From an uncultured virus (IMG/VR IMGVR_UViG_3300027973_000047) (taxonomy: Duplodnaviria; Heunggongvirae; Uroviricota; Caudoviricetes): a stretch of DNA of 64,000 bases. Positions 27,970 to 37,957 of the stretch are shown piece after piece; the stretch's first letter is position 1; every line of letters begins with the position of its first letter. The stretch is taken from IMG/VR virus record IMGVR_UViG_3300027973_000047; one strand, written 5' to 3'. The notes under the pieces are model-generated. The model made no database searches and had not been told where the DNA came from. It saw only the letters and a list, made by a program, of their open reading frames with translations. The position numbers and the translations under genes are program-made.

Positions 27970-28152
27970 TTAGATCTCCAACATTTCTCGGACTTCTACA
28001 GCCGAGATTCGATCTACGTTAGTCTTACTGGTGATAACTTCGCCCTTAACGCCACGACGTCCAAGGACTACCTTTTCAGCCTCTGACTTATTCTTGGCCT
28101 TAACAACATAAGAAGTGGTTACTTCAAAATAGTTGAACTTATTTTCTGCCAT
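27970..28152 (-). CDS. Hypothetical protein
   Basis: AAGGA SD; VKAKNKSEAEK. Confidence 0.7.
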   Translation of the reverse strand: MAENKFNYFEVTTSYVVKAKNKSEAEKVVLGRRGVKGEVITSKTNVDRISAVEVREMLEI

Positions 28153-28162
28153 ATTATTTCCT

Positions 28163-28576
28163 TTATTTAGTTGATGGATATGTATTAGATATATATTCTA
28201 CAGCCTCTTCAAGAGTATCTGCAACTTTTGTGGCAAGAAACTTAAGATAAATTCTGTGCTGTATATCTTGATGAGCCCAAACAATTACTGGTTGATTATT
28301 TAGATGCGCCCAGGTCATCTCAAAGTCTGTTCCAATGTACGCCCTATAGAGTAATGTATATTCTACTAAAATAATATCACAACTTTTTTGCAAGAAAAGA
28401 TTTTTGTCTACTATTTCTTTTGGCTGGCAATCTTCCTCTTCTAGGGCGTAGTTCATTGGATTAACCGCCTTAAAACCCCTATGATCTAGAAGAGACGTCG
28501 CCTCATTTCTCCAACTATATTTAAAGTCAGATTGGATGTCTTCTATTGCTCCTGATAAGAATACTCTAGTTTGCAT
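28163..28576 (-). CDS. Nucleoside 2-deoxyribosyltransferase-like protein
   Basis: VFLSGAI, SCDIILV, GTDFEMTWA..NQPVIVW. Confidence 0.8.
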   Translation of the reverse strand: MQTRVFLSGAIEDIQSDFKYSWRNEATSLLDHRGFKAVNPMNYALEEEDCQPKEIVDKNLFLQKSCDIILVEYTLLYRAYIGTDFEMTWAHLNNQPVIVWAHQDIQHRIYLKFLATKVADTLEEAVEYISNTYPSTK

Positions 28577-28587
28577 TTTTAATTTCC

Positions 28588-28735
28588 TTAAAGAATGTTG
28601 CTGATATTATTTTAATTCCACTTATAATTTCTTCTGCTCTATGAATTAAATCTGATTTAAAATTAAATCTTTAAATTTTTTATGAAGAGAAAAAAAATTT
28701 TCAATACGATAAATACCATTACCTAAATGTTGCAC
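28588..28735 (-). pseudogene. Possible internally deleted gene remnant
   Basis: GTG-started MQHLGNGIYRIENFFS (resembles 2OG-oxygenase N-termini), out of frame with a tail SDLIHRAEEII...; a GATTTAATT direct repeat lies at the junction. Confidence 0.3.
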
Positions 28736-29137
28736 TTACGCCTTCTTAAATTCCTCAAATGTTTTATCGCCTACTCCAAAGTATTCTCTAGCTAATCCAG
28801 CTTTAACAATTTCGGTGTTAAGGCATTCGCCAGCTTCGTTCCATACTCTAGCCAGAATTCTGCCGTACTTCTCATTCTTGTCTAGGATAGTTTCGATCTT
28901 TACTTTATTATTAGCTTTCTTAATCCACTGGTCGGTGAACTCTTTTGCAGCAAGTCCCATCTTTTTTTCTTCTAAGTTTGTAGTGCGGCTTTCTGGTGTA
29001 TTAACGCCATATAATCTGACACTCTTTGGTCCAATGTGAACCTCAAAACCAAGATCTATCTTAATCTTAAAAGTATCTCCGTCGACTATCTTAACTACTT
29101 CTGCATTGTAAAGGTAAACATTAAATTGATCTGACAT
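28736..29137 (-). CDS. Thermonuclease (SNase-like)
   Basis: KIVDGDT, VRLYGVNTPE, KYGRILA. Confidence 0.9.
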   Translation of the reverse strand: MSDQFNVYLYNAEVVKIVDGDTFKIKIDLGFEVHIGPKSVRLYGVNTPESRTTNLEEKKMGLAAKEFTDQWIKKANNKVKIETILDKNEKYGRILARVWNEAGECLNTEIVKAGLAREYFGVGDKTFEEFKKA

Positions 29138-29138
29138 T

Positions 29139-29942
29139 TTAATCTCTTTCTATTCCTATTGTATCGCAGGCTTTGCGAAATATTGATTGACTTAATCTAA
29201 ACTGTGAATCTGCATGACTATATCCTTCTCCTGGCTTAGGAGAAGAAGCGTGCCAGCTATGACCGATAGATACGCTGCCGTCGTATACCACGTTGTAGCC
29301 ACGATGACGAGCGAAGTACGAGCACCACGTCTCCTCATAGTAATGAGGAGTCGGCAGGAAGGCTCCTAATGCGCCTGGGTACATCTTTTGATATTCCTCA
29401 TCATTGGTTAGCGCTTCCCAAACCGATCTTCTAATAAAATATGCTGATCCAGATACGGTTACACACTCTACCCTATCCCTATAAAGAACATCTTCTACGT
29501 CAAGCTGATGCCAACCACGATGAGCTGGAGCAGTGTTTGATCCAACTATTCCTGCATGTGTAATATGACCTTTTTCATCACGTTGTTTTGGGCCAAGTAT
29601 ATGTATATCAGGATTAGAATGAAAGATATTATCTATATCAATTAGATCTTGACTTGTGAGCCAAACATCTGCATTTAGTAGTCCTATAACATCACCATAT
29701 GTAGATGAAGCCATGAGGTTACACGCTGCTGAATAGCCTATGTTAGCTTTTTTCCAACCATTAGCTATGTAATAAGTGTCCTTATTTTCCTCTAGCCATT
29801 CAAAACTACCATCAGTAGAACCATTATCACAGATATTTAAATTCCAAACTTTTCCACTTGTAGTAAAATCAGCATGAAGTGTGTTTAGAAATCTTTCTAA
29901 AAGAGACTTGGTATTGTAATTGACTACACATAAATCTATCAT
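29139..29942 (-). CDS. GT2-family glycosyltransferase
   Basis: VVNYN, CDNGSTDGS, LLNADV, VSGSAYFIRR, YYEET. Confidence 0.9.
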   Translation of the reverse strand: MIDLCVVNYNTKSLLERFLNTLHADFTTSGKVWNLNICDNGSTDGSFEWLEENKDTYYIANGWKKANIGYSAACNLMASSTYGDVIGLLNADVWLTSQDLIDIDNIFHSNPDIHILGPKQRDEKGHITHAGIVGSNTAPAHRGWHQLDVEDVLYRDRVECVTVSGSAYFIRRSVWEALTNDEEYQKMYPGALGAFLPTPHYYEETWCSYFARHRGYNVVYDGSVSIGHSWHASSPKPGEGYSHADSQFRLSQSIFRKACDTIGIERD

Positions 29943-30217
29943 TTATTTCTCTTATCTTCTACTACAGACTTAAATGCGTCTTCTTTATTCAAGCCAAGAT
30001 CTAAATATTTATCATATCTACTAAAAGCTTCTTTTATGTTTTCTTTATCAAAGAATTCTATGAAACTACTTTGTGGATTATATTCTTTTGCGTATTCCTT
30101 GAAGTATTCTTCTGAAACATTATTAAAGTAATCAAATTTAACTTTTCTTTTTTGATTATATACCAAATAAGAACATGCTGCCACAACTATAATGCTAATT
30201 CCAATCTTCATCTTCAT
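29939..30217 (-). CDS. Hypothetical membrane-anchored protein
   Basis: N-terminal hydrophobic helix. Confidence 0.6.
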   Translation of the reverse strand: MKMKIGISIIVVAACSYLVYNQKRKVKFDYFNNVSEEYFKEYAKEYNPQSSFIEFFDKENIKEAFSRYDKYLDLGLNKEDAFKSVVEDKRNK

Positions 30218-30437
30218 CTGAAGATCCTCCTATAAATTTGTTTTCGGTCATTGCCTTTACTGCTTCTTCACTTAAATTAAGTATAGACAATTTGTCTTTT
30301 TCATCCTTGATTGAAGAGGCTAAGTGTATCAAAGAATTTGCTATTTGCAACATCTCATCTATAGAAGTAATTAAATATGTTTGCCCGGATTCAAGTTTGA
30401 TATTTACTTTCTTTTTTTCTACTTTTTTCTTAGTCAT
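30195..30437 (-). CDS. Hypothetical protein
   Basis: Overlapping operon ORF. Confidence 0.6.
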   Translation of the reverse strand: MTKKKVEKKKVNIKLESGQTYLITSIDEMLQIANSLIHLASSIKDEKDKLSILNLSEEAVKAMTENKFIGGSSDEDEDWN

Positions 30438-30672
30438 TTTTCTTTTTAGCTTTCTTAACTTTTACTTCTTCAATTTCTATATCGTCTAATGATACAGGGT
30501 AAACACACAAAGAACTTGTGTCTGGTTCAAATGTTGCAAAAAGTATTCTCTTATCATCATTTGTGTAACCCTCCGGTGGAGGTGATTCTACAGCTATTTT
30601 TTTTGAAGAACAACCATAGACCTGACTGTGGTTTTTGTATACTACAATATAATTTAATTTAGAGGCTGCCAT
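30430..30672 (-). CDS. Hypothetical protein
   Basis: Overlapping operon ORF. Confidence 0.6.
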   Translation of the reverse strand: MAASKLNYIVVYKNHSQVYGCSSKKIAVESPPPEGYTNDDKRILFATFEPDTSSLCVYPVSLDDIEIEEVKVKKAKKKND

Positions 30673-31123
30673 TATCTATCCTTATAGTCTGTACATTTGC
30701 TTTTAATAAAAAAGATTCTACATCTTCCCAATTCTTATAGTCAGAATCATACAGATAGTATACAGTATCTAAGGTGCTGTTGGCTATCAACTTAGCGCAA
30801 CTAAAACAAGGAGGACCATTTACATATATTTTTTTTGGCCTTGAACTATAGTCAGAATGGAGTAAAGCATTTGCTTCTGCATGGATTGCTATACAATTGT
30901 CGTAAGCTGATCCACTTTTTGAGTTTTCAAGAAAGCGTCTACAGCCACCTTCATTACAGTGTAGGAAACCTCTTGGTCCACCGTTATAACCAAACCCAAC
31001 TATGTGATTATATTCATCTACCAGCATAGCTGCGTATTGTTTTTTACCACAAGTAGAAAATGTTTTTGAGCTATCGATACACATCTTCATGAACTGTCTA
31101 TCTTTTTTAGATATTACAGTCAT
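30659..31123 (-). CDS. dCMP deaminase
   Basis: GYNGGPRG, IHAEANAL, PPCFSCAK. Confidence 0.92.
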   Translation of the reverse strand: MTVISKKDRQFMKMCIDSSKTFSTCGKKQYAAMLVDEYNHIVGFGYNGGPRGFLHCNEGGCRRFLENSKSGSAYDNCIAIHAEANALLHSDYSSRPKKIYVNGPPCFSCAKLIANSTLDTVYYLYDSDYKNWEDVESFLLKANVQTIRIDNGSL

Positions 31124-31290
31124 AATATAAGAGAAATTATAAACCCTGCAATGGTTCCCGTAGTCAAAGCCAGTGCGATTGCTGTAAATTTAATACTTTT
31201 CTGTTTAGAAGATTGATTTAACATCTGCAAACTTATAGTCCAGTTAATCAAAAAAGAAAATACTATAAACAATAGCATGTTTTTATACAT
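31120..31290 (-). CDS. Small 2-TM membrane protein (56 aa)
   Basis: MYKNMLLFIVFSFLINWTISL...AIALALTTGTIAGFIISLIL; ATGA overlap. Confidence 0.6.
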   Translation of the reverse strand: MYKNMLLFIVFSFLINWTISLQMLNQSSKQKSIKFTAIALALTTGTIAGFIISLIL

Positions 31291-32014
31291 GTATCGAAAC
31301 CAGTCTATCTATTGATACTGGAAACTTTTCTTTTGTTAGATTGAATACAGCTTTTGCATACTCTTGAATCTCCACTTGGGATTCTTCCCCTAATCTTTGA
31401 TTTAGGAATAAGGCAACGGACTGAAGACTGCATGACCATCTATATGTAACGTACATGCCATATGCTGGCAGGAATAATCTAGCTTGCTCTGGAGCAATGC
31501 CTTGCTCAAGCGCCATGTTATAGATAGATTCACACTTATCAACTAATTGTTTTAGTTCCGTATTTAATATAGCACCAGTCCATGGACCAGCTAACCCAGA
31601 AGAACCTTGTTTTTTATTCTCTGCAGCAAGTCTCCATTGTTCTGGTCCAGGTATATAGAATTCTGGATTCATAGTTATGTACCTTCTCGAAGATTCATTC
31701 CAAGAATCCATTGTATGATCTGATCCAACTACATATTTCCAATGTTGCCTAGCAACCATAAGTGGAGCTTTAAATTCAAATGTTAGAAATGCGTGACGGA
31801 ACGGTGACATATGATTTTCTCTTGCTAAAAAATCTATTAGTCTTGCGTCTTGTACAGAAAGCTCATTTGATTCTTTGGCAAAAGATGCTCTTGCGGCGTT
31901 GACTACGGATAGGTCACTACCCATAACATCAACTAATCTAACATAACCCTTATCTAAAACAGGTATTGCGTTATTATCGTAATCTTCATTTTCCGTCTTT
32001 TGATTCATCGTCAT
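31283..32014 (-). CDS. thyX: Flavin-dependent thymidylate synthase
   Basis: VVNAARASF, HMSPF, SWNESSRRY, EQARLFLP, QVEIQEYA. Confidence 0.93.
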   Translation of the reverse strand: MTMNQKTENEDYDNNAIPVLDKGYVRLVDVMGSDLSVVNAARASFAKESNELSVQDARLIDFLARENHMSPFRHAFLTFEFKAPLMVARQHWKYVVGSDHTMDSWNESSRRYITMNPEFYIPGPEQWRLAAENKKQGSSGLAGPWTGAILNTELKQLVDKCESIYNMALEQGIAPEQARLFLPAYGMYVTYRWSCSLQSVALFLNQRLGEESQVEIQEYAKAVFNLTKEKFPVSIDRLVSIHV

Positions 32015-32345
32015 AATCTTCTTCTTCGTCTATGTAGATATAGTATCCTATATCATCTTGATCCAAGTTTACCATATAGTTGTTGAAATCTTTCGTCTTT
32101 GCATATAGCATTTCTAAGATTTGTACTACTTCAAGTGGTATTTCAAATGGCTCATCAGAGTCTTCAGTAAGATTAACTATAATTAAATTTATTTCCTGTA
32201 TAGCTGTAATTAATTCAGACAAAAACAAAGAATAATCTCTTGCGTTATTTAACGAGAGAGCACCAACTATGCCCGGCATAGAGCCTATATTTTGTGGAGA
32301 AGTTATTTCTGAAAATATCTTGTCAAAATTTTTGTCATCTGACAC
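31986..32345 (-). CDS. Acidic hypothetical protein
   Basis: ORF in operon context. Confidence 0.6.
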   Translation of the reverse strand: MSDDKNFDKIFSEITSPQNIGSMPGIVGALSLNNARDYSLFLSELITAIQEINLIIVNLTEDSDEPFEIPLEVVQILEMLYAKTKDFNNYMVNLDQDDIGYYIYIDEEEDYDDESKDGK

Positions 32346-32356
32346 AGTAAACCAAC

Positions 32357-34456
32357 CTATGCTTTTATGTTGTCCTTGATAAATTTAATTTCACAAGAAT
32401 CAGTTGTGCAGTAACGTTCACCAATTGCATCGGCAGCCATACCAGCGTATACTCCAGTTAAATCTATCGGGAACAACGATGTCGAAGCTTCCGTATATTC
32501 TTCTTCTGTTATTTGAGTATACGGCATTTGGGGATACGTATCGTTACCGCTTGGCAAAAAGGATACTGTCTTAAGCTGTCCATCGTACATGTGCAATACA
32601 GTTCCGACATGTTCTGCCTCAGTATCTTTATTGAAAGATATTGTTACAGATACAGAGTTGTCTGACCAATAGCGTTGTGCGGTTGCGGCTAAAGACATTT
32701 TTTCAAAGATTGTAACATCTTTTTCAGCTCTTTCAGCATCGGATTTAATTGGGAAATACACAACAGAAGTTGTATTTGGTGATTCAGAAGCTGGCTCAAC
32801 TCTATAGTTGGCCATTCTAAATAGTGGTAGCATCGGATCCTCGTTGGAGAATCTGATAGTTCTATTAAAGTATTTGCCACCTGGTGTCCAGTGTACGCCA
32901 GGTGATTCACCAGCAAGAATAGATACGGTTCCAGAAGGCTTGACAGTCGTCATCTTAATCGATTCACGAATACCCAACCACTCAGAATAAACATTGTCAT
33001 ATCGCTGAATAGTCTTATATCCCTGATCCATCCATTCACGAAGTGCCGGAACTCCAACGCGATCAGCAAAGTTTGCAACACCAGACATTGATGCGCCTAT
33101 GCGACGATTGCGTTGCATGATTGCGTTAGTCTCTTCCCAGTGAGTAGGAAGGAGCGTAACAGTCTTGGCATAGAGGTATGCAAACTTTAGAGTACGCTTA
33201 TAGTCTTCTAGGCTGTCGTGACGATTGAGATATGTCTCCACCAAGGTGCAACACTCATATGATTCCAGTGACTGCTCAGCGCATGGGTTATAGCCTGCAA
33301 CTCTGTGATCCTTGTTGTTTGGTGGATCAGCTAGACGTCCATACTTACGGGACATGTCCATCCAAAGAACACCAGGCTCTCCGTTGAGAGAGATACCTTC
33401 TACTATAGAAGATAAGTCTGCGCCAACTACTGTTTCTACAGAGTTGTTAGACATCCAACCCCAACCTGGAGCAGATGAATCATATGAGTTGCGTTCAGGA
33501 AAGCGTTCTGAATTTTTTAAGTTTAAGAAATCTTGATCATCTAAACGGCCAATTAACAACTCAGCTGAACGACGAACGTTTCCGGATACTACACATACTC
33601 CAATAACATTTCCAATGTCTGCTATGTCTATGCGTGTTAACTTGTCACCTTTGCGTCCAGTAAACATTTTTCTTATATGATCATGAAGCCTCTCTAACGG
33701 CTCATGACCAGCAGCTACACCACCAAATGTTTTAATTGGAGTACCGTTTGGGCGAATTAAAGAATAATCAAAATTATATGTAGGTTGATTCTCTTTGAGG
33801 TATGAATTAAGCAGGAGCGCCATGGACTCAACCCAACCTTCTCTAGTGTCAGGTATTATGTATGATGTTGATTCTTTTGGCTCATAGATAATAAAATCTT
33901 TATCTGCACCCTTATCATCAAAGCCTACACCAACACCAAGCATTGATGCTTCCATGAGGAATGCAAACGGTTTTGCTGGGTTAAACTTATTCATTTCACC
34001 AGTAGAAACAAACGCACAGTTCTGCAGTGCAGCGGAGTTCTTTTGTATATTTACAATGTTTGTTCCCATAGCCCAAAGACCACGACCAGGAGGAGTCCAC
34101 TTAAGGTTAAATAATCTATCAAAGGCTTCTTTAGCACTAGCTTGTGCTCTAGCATCGTTCCATGGTAGGCGATTCTTTTTGCAGTGATCTTTCTGCAAGG
34201 AGTACATTCCGTTGATAACTCTTTCACATACGTCAGACCATGTCTCTTTTGTTCCATCTTCTTTTAATCTAGAGTAAGTTCGAAGAAATGTTATCTCTCC
34301 AACGGAGTTCCCAGCTGCATCCCTGTATCCAAATGGTGCAGACTTAGACCTATATGATTCTATGAAATCATCAGTTAACTTAAATAAGAACATAGAAGAT
34401 TGCTTAGTGGCAATCGGTGTTAGATCTGGGTTTCCGTTTTCGATTTCTTCTGACAT
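32357..34456 (-). CDS. nrdJ: Class II (AdoCbl-dependent) ribonucleotide reductase, monomeric RTPR type
   Basis: PPGRGLW, LQNCAF, GNVRRSA, NPCAEQ, TVKPSGT, C-terminal CTTDSC. Confidence 0.95.
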   Translation of the reverse strand: MSEEIENGNPDLTPIATKQSSMFLFKLTDDFIESYRSKSAPFGYRDAAGNSVGEITFLRTYSRLKEDGTKETWSDVCERVINGMYSLQKDHCKKNRLPWNDARAQASAKEAFDRLFNLKWTPPGRGLWAMGTNIVNIQKNSAALQNCAFVSTGEMNKFNPAKPFAFLMEASMLGVGVGFDDKGADKDFIIYEPKESTSYIIPDTREGWVESMALLLNSYLKENQPTYNFDYSLIRPNGTPIKTFGGVAAGHEPLERLHDHIRKMFTGRKGDKLTRIDIADIGNVIGVCVVSGNVRRSAELLIGRLDDQDFLNLKNSERFPERNSYDSSAPGWGWMSNNSVETVVGADLSSIVEGISLNGEPGVLWMDMSRKYGRLADPPNNKDHRVAGYNPCAEQSLESYECCTLVETYLNRHDSLEDYKRTLKFAYLYAKTVTLLPTHWEETNAIMQRNRRIGASMSGVANFADRVGVPALREWMDQGYKTIQRYDNVYSEWLGIRESIKMTTVKPSGTVSILAGESPGVHWTPGGKYFNRTIRFSNEDPMLPLFRMANYRVEPASESPNTTSVVYFPIKSDAERAEKDVTIFEKMSLAATAQRYWSDNSVSVTISFNKDTEAEHVGTVLHMYDGQLKTVSFLPSGNDTYPQMPYTQITEEEYTEASTSLFPIDLTGVYAGMAADAIGERYCTTDSCEIKFIKDNIKA

Positions 34457-34465
34457 GCTATCTCC

Positions 34466-35170
34466 TTATTTTGCTAATGCTAAAGTTTTTACGTACTTAG
34501 GGTTTAATTTTTCTATTTCTGTTTTCTTGATCTTTTTTATCTGATCATAATTATATACGTTATATATTTCTCTTTCGAAAAAATATCCACTTCTCCAGTT
34601 AAAAACTTTGTCTATTACATTCTTGTGATTTTGAAATACATTTGATATAACTGCACCACCATATATTCTAACTAGGTTTTGCATTTTCTTAGTTACGATA
34701 TCTTTATTCTTGTCATTTAAATCACCGTTTTGTTCCGCCTGAGTATATAACCAATTAAAGCTTTGTCTAGTTAATGGAGAGTAATCAATTGGATCGATGA
34801 TGCCAATCGATAGTAACTCTTTTTGATTGGTTTGTATGTATAAATCTTTCTTAACTATTTCTAAAAATAAAGAAAACCAATCTCTTTCCTTGTACTGATT
34901 CCAGGTAGGGCACCAAAATAGAATAAGGTGAACTGGATCAGGGATATTTGTTTTCTCCATAGTTGGCAATAACATTGTGCAGGATATTGCTCTCTTTATA
35001 TCTTCTTTACTTATGTCAGAATTCTTATTCTTGTTTTCAAGATTCATCCATAGTTTTGAAATGTGCGTTTTCCAATCTGCTTCACCTATATATAGGTTAA
35101 GATACTTTTCAGCAACATCTAATGGAAGGGCTTTGTCTCTAATTACTGTATTTAATTGATCTAAAAACAT
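34466..35170 (-). CDS. Hypothetical protein
   Basis: 234-aa ORF with GAGG SD. Confidence 0.7.
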   Translation of the reverse strand: MFLDQLNTVIRDKALPLDVAEKYLNLYIGEADWKTHISKLWMNLENKNKNSDISKEDIKRAISCTMLLPTMEKTNIPDPVHLILFWCPTWNQYKERDWFSLFLEIVKKDLYIQTNQKELLSIGIIDPIDYSPLTRQSFNWLYTQAEQNGDLNDKNKDIVTKKMQNLVRIYGGAVISNVFQNHKNVIDKVFNWRSGYFFEREIYNVYNYDQIKKIKKTEIEKLNPKYVKTLALAK

Positions 35171-35225
35171 TTATAATCCTCATTAACCCTAGACAAAACT
35201 ACAAAAACTTATATAAGAGACCCTT

Positions 35226-35263
35226 TAAAACAGTTATCCCGCCCTGATTGGGGCGGGATAACT
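35226..35263 (-). terminator. Intrinsic terminator
   Basis: 13-bp perfect stem AGTTATCCCGCCC/GGGCGGGATAACT followed by GTTTT on the minus strand. Confidence 0.8.
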
Positions 35264-35342
35264 ATCTTACGCTAAGTAGATGCGTCGGTTTCCGTACTGA
35301 CAAGTATATCAGTTAGGATTTTTTTATGTTGTGTTTAACTAA

Positions 35343-35546
35343 TTATTTCAAAGTTGCAGCGGAGTCCTTGTCTCCAATTTTTGTTGCTGCGAATCCCTTG
35401 ATAACGCTAAGCCCTGCTGCTGCTGCAGCTGTTGCTGCTGCTTTAGCTTGATCAACTCCACCGACTGTATAAACAGCGATAAATGTTTGTGCTGCAGTCC
35501 AAAGGGCTCTTTCGAGTACGTCTTTAATTAATTTTTGATCTGGCAT
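35343..35546 (-). CDS. Holin (r1t-like)
   Basis: KDVLERALWTAAQTFIAV...AAAAAGLSVIK. Confidence 0.75.
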   Translation of the reverse strand: MPDQKLIKDVLERALWTAAQTFIAVYTVGGVDQAKAAATAAAAAGLSVIKGFAATKIGDKDSAATLK

Positions 35547-35561
35547 TTGTTTCTCCTATTG

Positions 35562-36152
35562 TTAGAGGGCTTTTGCTGACGGTACACCTTTGTACTCACC
35601 AACTTTATTGCGACCGTATTCACTAGCAGTATTAGCTTGTCCGTAACCTGACTTCATTACCTCTGTTGAAGCAACACCGTCAAAGATATAGTTATTATAA
35701 AGACTGTATGCAGTTACTCTCTTGGCGTGACCCATACCTGCAAATGCTTCTGCTGAAGTAACACCATCAAAAATGTAGTTACTGTAATTACCATAGTACA
35801 GGCTGCGCTTAGCATGTCCGCCAGCAAGTGCTCTTATATCAGCAAGTCCCTTATATTCAAAAGGACGGAATCTAGTTCCCTCATAGGTTGCTGTACCATC
35901 GGCAAATGTACCCGCTAAAGGTGTAGTTTGAGCATAGAGGGTAGAGCCATTGAAGAGCTGCGATAGCAGGACGTTACCTGGATAGTTGCCAGTTCCTGGA
36001 GTGTGATGATTATCGGGACCACCGTCTAATACATGACTACCGCCCTTAAGAGGGTAGTAAGAGTATGTGCCGACGACGCCCTTTGGGCCGATCATATCAG
36101 CAGTTGTGCGCCCCTTCAGTACTGGTCTTGGACCAACGTAGTAAGTTGCCAT
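35562..36152 (-). CDS. Probable virion structural protein (Gly/Tyr-rich)
   Basis: AAGGAG SD; internal repeat GHAKR...Y.NYIFDGV.S.E twice. Confidence 0.6.
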   Translation of the reverse strand: MATYYVGPRPVLKGRTTADMIGPKGVVGTYSYYPLKGGSHVLDGGPDNHHTPGTGNYPGNVLLSQLFNGSTLYAQTTPLAGTFADGTATYEGTRFRPFEYKGLADIRALAGGHAKRSLYYGNYSNYIFDGVTSAEAFAGMGHAKRVTAYSLYNNYIFDGVASTEVMKSGYGQANTASEYGRNKVGEYKGVPSAKAL

Positions 36153-36223
36153 TTTATAGTCTCCTTAAAAGAATAATGTGCTATTTATAGTAAAATGAAA
36201 TAGCTACTTATTAACTATTAAAA

Positions 36224-37492
36224 TTAGCTATAATTAACTATTAGATCAGATAGGACTGGAGCTGTTCCGTCCCCAAGCTGATTCAGGGTTACTTCTATCC
36301 AGACTGAAGACGAACCGGAAACCTCATCAAGTGTATAAACTCCGCTATCCTTATAGATTACCCTATAGCTGAAAGCCGTAGATATTAACTCCTCAGGAAC
36401 ATTATACATCTTTGGTATGACCTCGTCTACTGAATAGATCAATGTTCCTTCTGGGGCGGTGAACTTGATTATTGTTCTTCCAGTTTCCAAGAACCTTTGC
36501 GATCTTACATCTAGATCAGATAAGCCATATGTATATACGTATTTACCATTTTCTAAAATATAATTTCTTTGTCTCATATTTATTCTAATTGCAGTAATCT
36601 TTATTGGAGGGAAATAGAATCCCATCGGCCCAGCATTGAGTACTATGTCCGAACCGGATATTGACCATCCACCTGGAGCAACTCTACCTATCGCATCAGA
36701 TTCGCTATCATATAGTCTATTAAAGTTTAAGGGAGTCCATCCATCAGACTCTTCCAAAGATGGCTCTACCTTTGTCGTGTACTCAATCGAAAGAATGTCT
36801 ACTCCGAATAATGGATATGGGGATAAAGATAAATAGTTTGATGTATCGGATCCAGAATAGGCATTAGGGATCTTGTAGTAGGCAAACATTTGAGCGCCGG
36901 ATCCCAAAGCTGAGTCGGCTATGATATTTCGTTTCCAGAATTTATCAGACCTATCTAAAAGTGCGTGAAACATTGGACTAGTATCCACTAGTGCACCAGG
37001 TGTATCAACACTAACAAAGTCATTCTTTATTTTTGTTTCTAGAAAATCTGGAATTGTTTGTTCTCCTAAGCCGCTAAAAAACTTAAGCTTAGAATAAGAA
37101 GAACCATCAACCTTTGGCAGTGTTATTAGATTATACACATGATCAAAACTAAGTGCTTCAGAACTTGAGAGTGCAAACTGTGCGTCACTAACAAAACCAG
37201 CTACATCTATTTGAGAATAGCTATATATAGAGAGTTTTTTATAAGGTGAATCAGTATTATATTCAATTGCCTTTACCCTATCTTCTAGATCTGCTATAGC
37301 TCTAGAGATAAATAAATGATCTTTTAATACTCTTTCAAAAGCCTGACTCAACTTCTGATCCAATACACCAGATCTATTATAGAGGTGAACTAAATCTTGA
37401 TAGTTCTGTTCTGCCCTCATGTTAAAGTCAGCACTATCTACAGGACCGTTGTACTGTATTGTTTTATTTTCTGTGTTTAGGTAATCTGACAT
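36224..37492 (-). CDS. Putative baseplate/tail structural protein
   Basis: Located in the tail module; N-terminal helical block similar to neighbours. Confidence 0.6.
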   Translation of the reverse strand: MSDYLNTENKTIQYNGPVDSADFNMRAEQNYQDLVHLYNRSGVLDQKLSQAFERVLKDHLFISRAIADLEDRVKAIEYNTDSPYKKLSIYSYSQIDVAGFVSDAQFALSSSEALSFDHVYNLITLPKVDGSSYSKLKFFSGLGEQTIPDFLETKIKNDFVSVDTPGALVDTSPMFHALLDRSDKFWKRNIIADSALGSGAQMFAYYKIPNAYSGSDTSNYLSLSPYPLFGVDILSIEYTTKVEPSLEESDGWTPLNFNRLYDSESDAIGRVAPGGWSISGSDIVLNAGPMGFYFPPIKITAIRINMRQRNYILENGKYVYTYGLSDLDVRSQRFLETGRTIIKFTAPEGTLIYSVDEVIPKMYNVPEELISTAFSYRVIYKDSGVYTLDEVSGSSSVWIEVTLNQLGDGTAPVLSDLIVNYS

Positions 37493-37501
37493 TTTAATTA
37501 A

Positions 37502-37927
37502 TTATCCAGTCTGTTTTTCTAATTTATTAATTTTATAAAATAATCTTGACAAACTTCCGCCAATTGTATCTGTAGTTTCCAGGTAATCTATTGTATCACT
37601 TGCACTATAGTCGTACATCGAAATTGAATCAGTAGAAAGGTCATAGACTCTACCATAGTATTCTTCACCAGTTATCTCATCTGAAATAGTTCGGATTTCA
37701 TGGGTTTCATCTTTTTCCGCTCCTAGAAAAATCTTTACTTTATCAATTATAGCTGTATCAAGAAGTTCTAATTCTAAATACAGTCTGTTCATATCCATAT
37801 AAACTTTTTGATTAAAGAGATTTTCCTGTCCGCTCTTCCTTGGAGATCTATAAAATGATCTAAACCTCTTAACTAATGGTTCTCTAATTATTTTTTTACT
37901 ATTTGGATCTAGATAACTTATCGGCAT
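37502..37927 (-). CDS. Putative structural protein
   Basis: YRSPRKS..N.FN...D...LY block shared with neighbours. Confidence 0.55.
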   Translation of the reverse strand: MPISYLDPNSKKIIREPLVKRFRSFYRSPRKSGQENLFNQKVYMDMNRLYLELELLDTAIIDKVKIFLGAEKDETHEIRTISDEITGEEYYGRVYDLSTDSISMYDYSASDTIDYLETTDTIGGSLSRLFYKINKLEKQTG

Positions 37928-37957
37928 GTGTGTCTCCTACTTTGGATATAGTAAACT

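Noticed and set aside
17962..34456. Inteins or introns in dnaE, dnaB or nrdJ
   Set aside because: Lengths are ordinary, motifs are contiguous and no splice-junction signatures were seen.
35284..35301. Frameshift-suppressor tRNA gene
   Set aside because: Only a hairpin with UCCG in the loop; no D-arm, T-arm or acceptor stem. I recognised no tRNA anywhere in this window.
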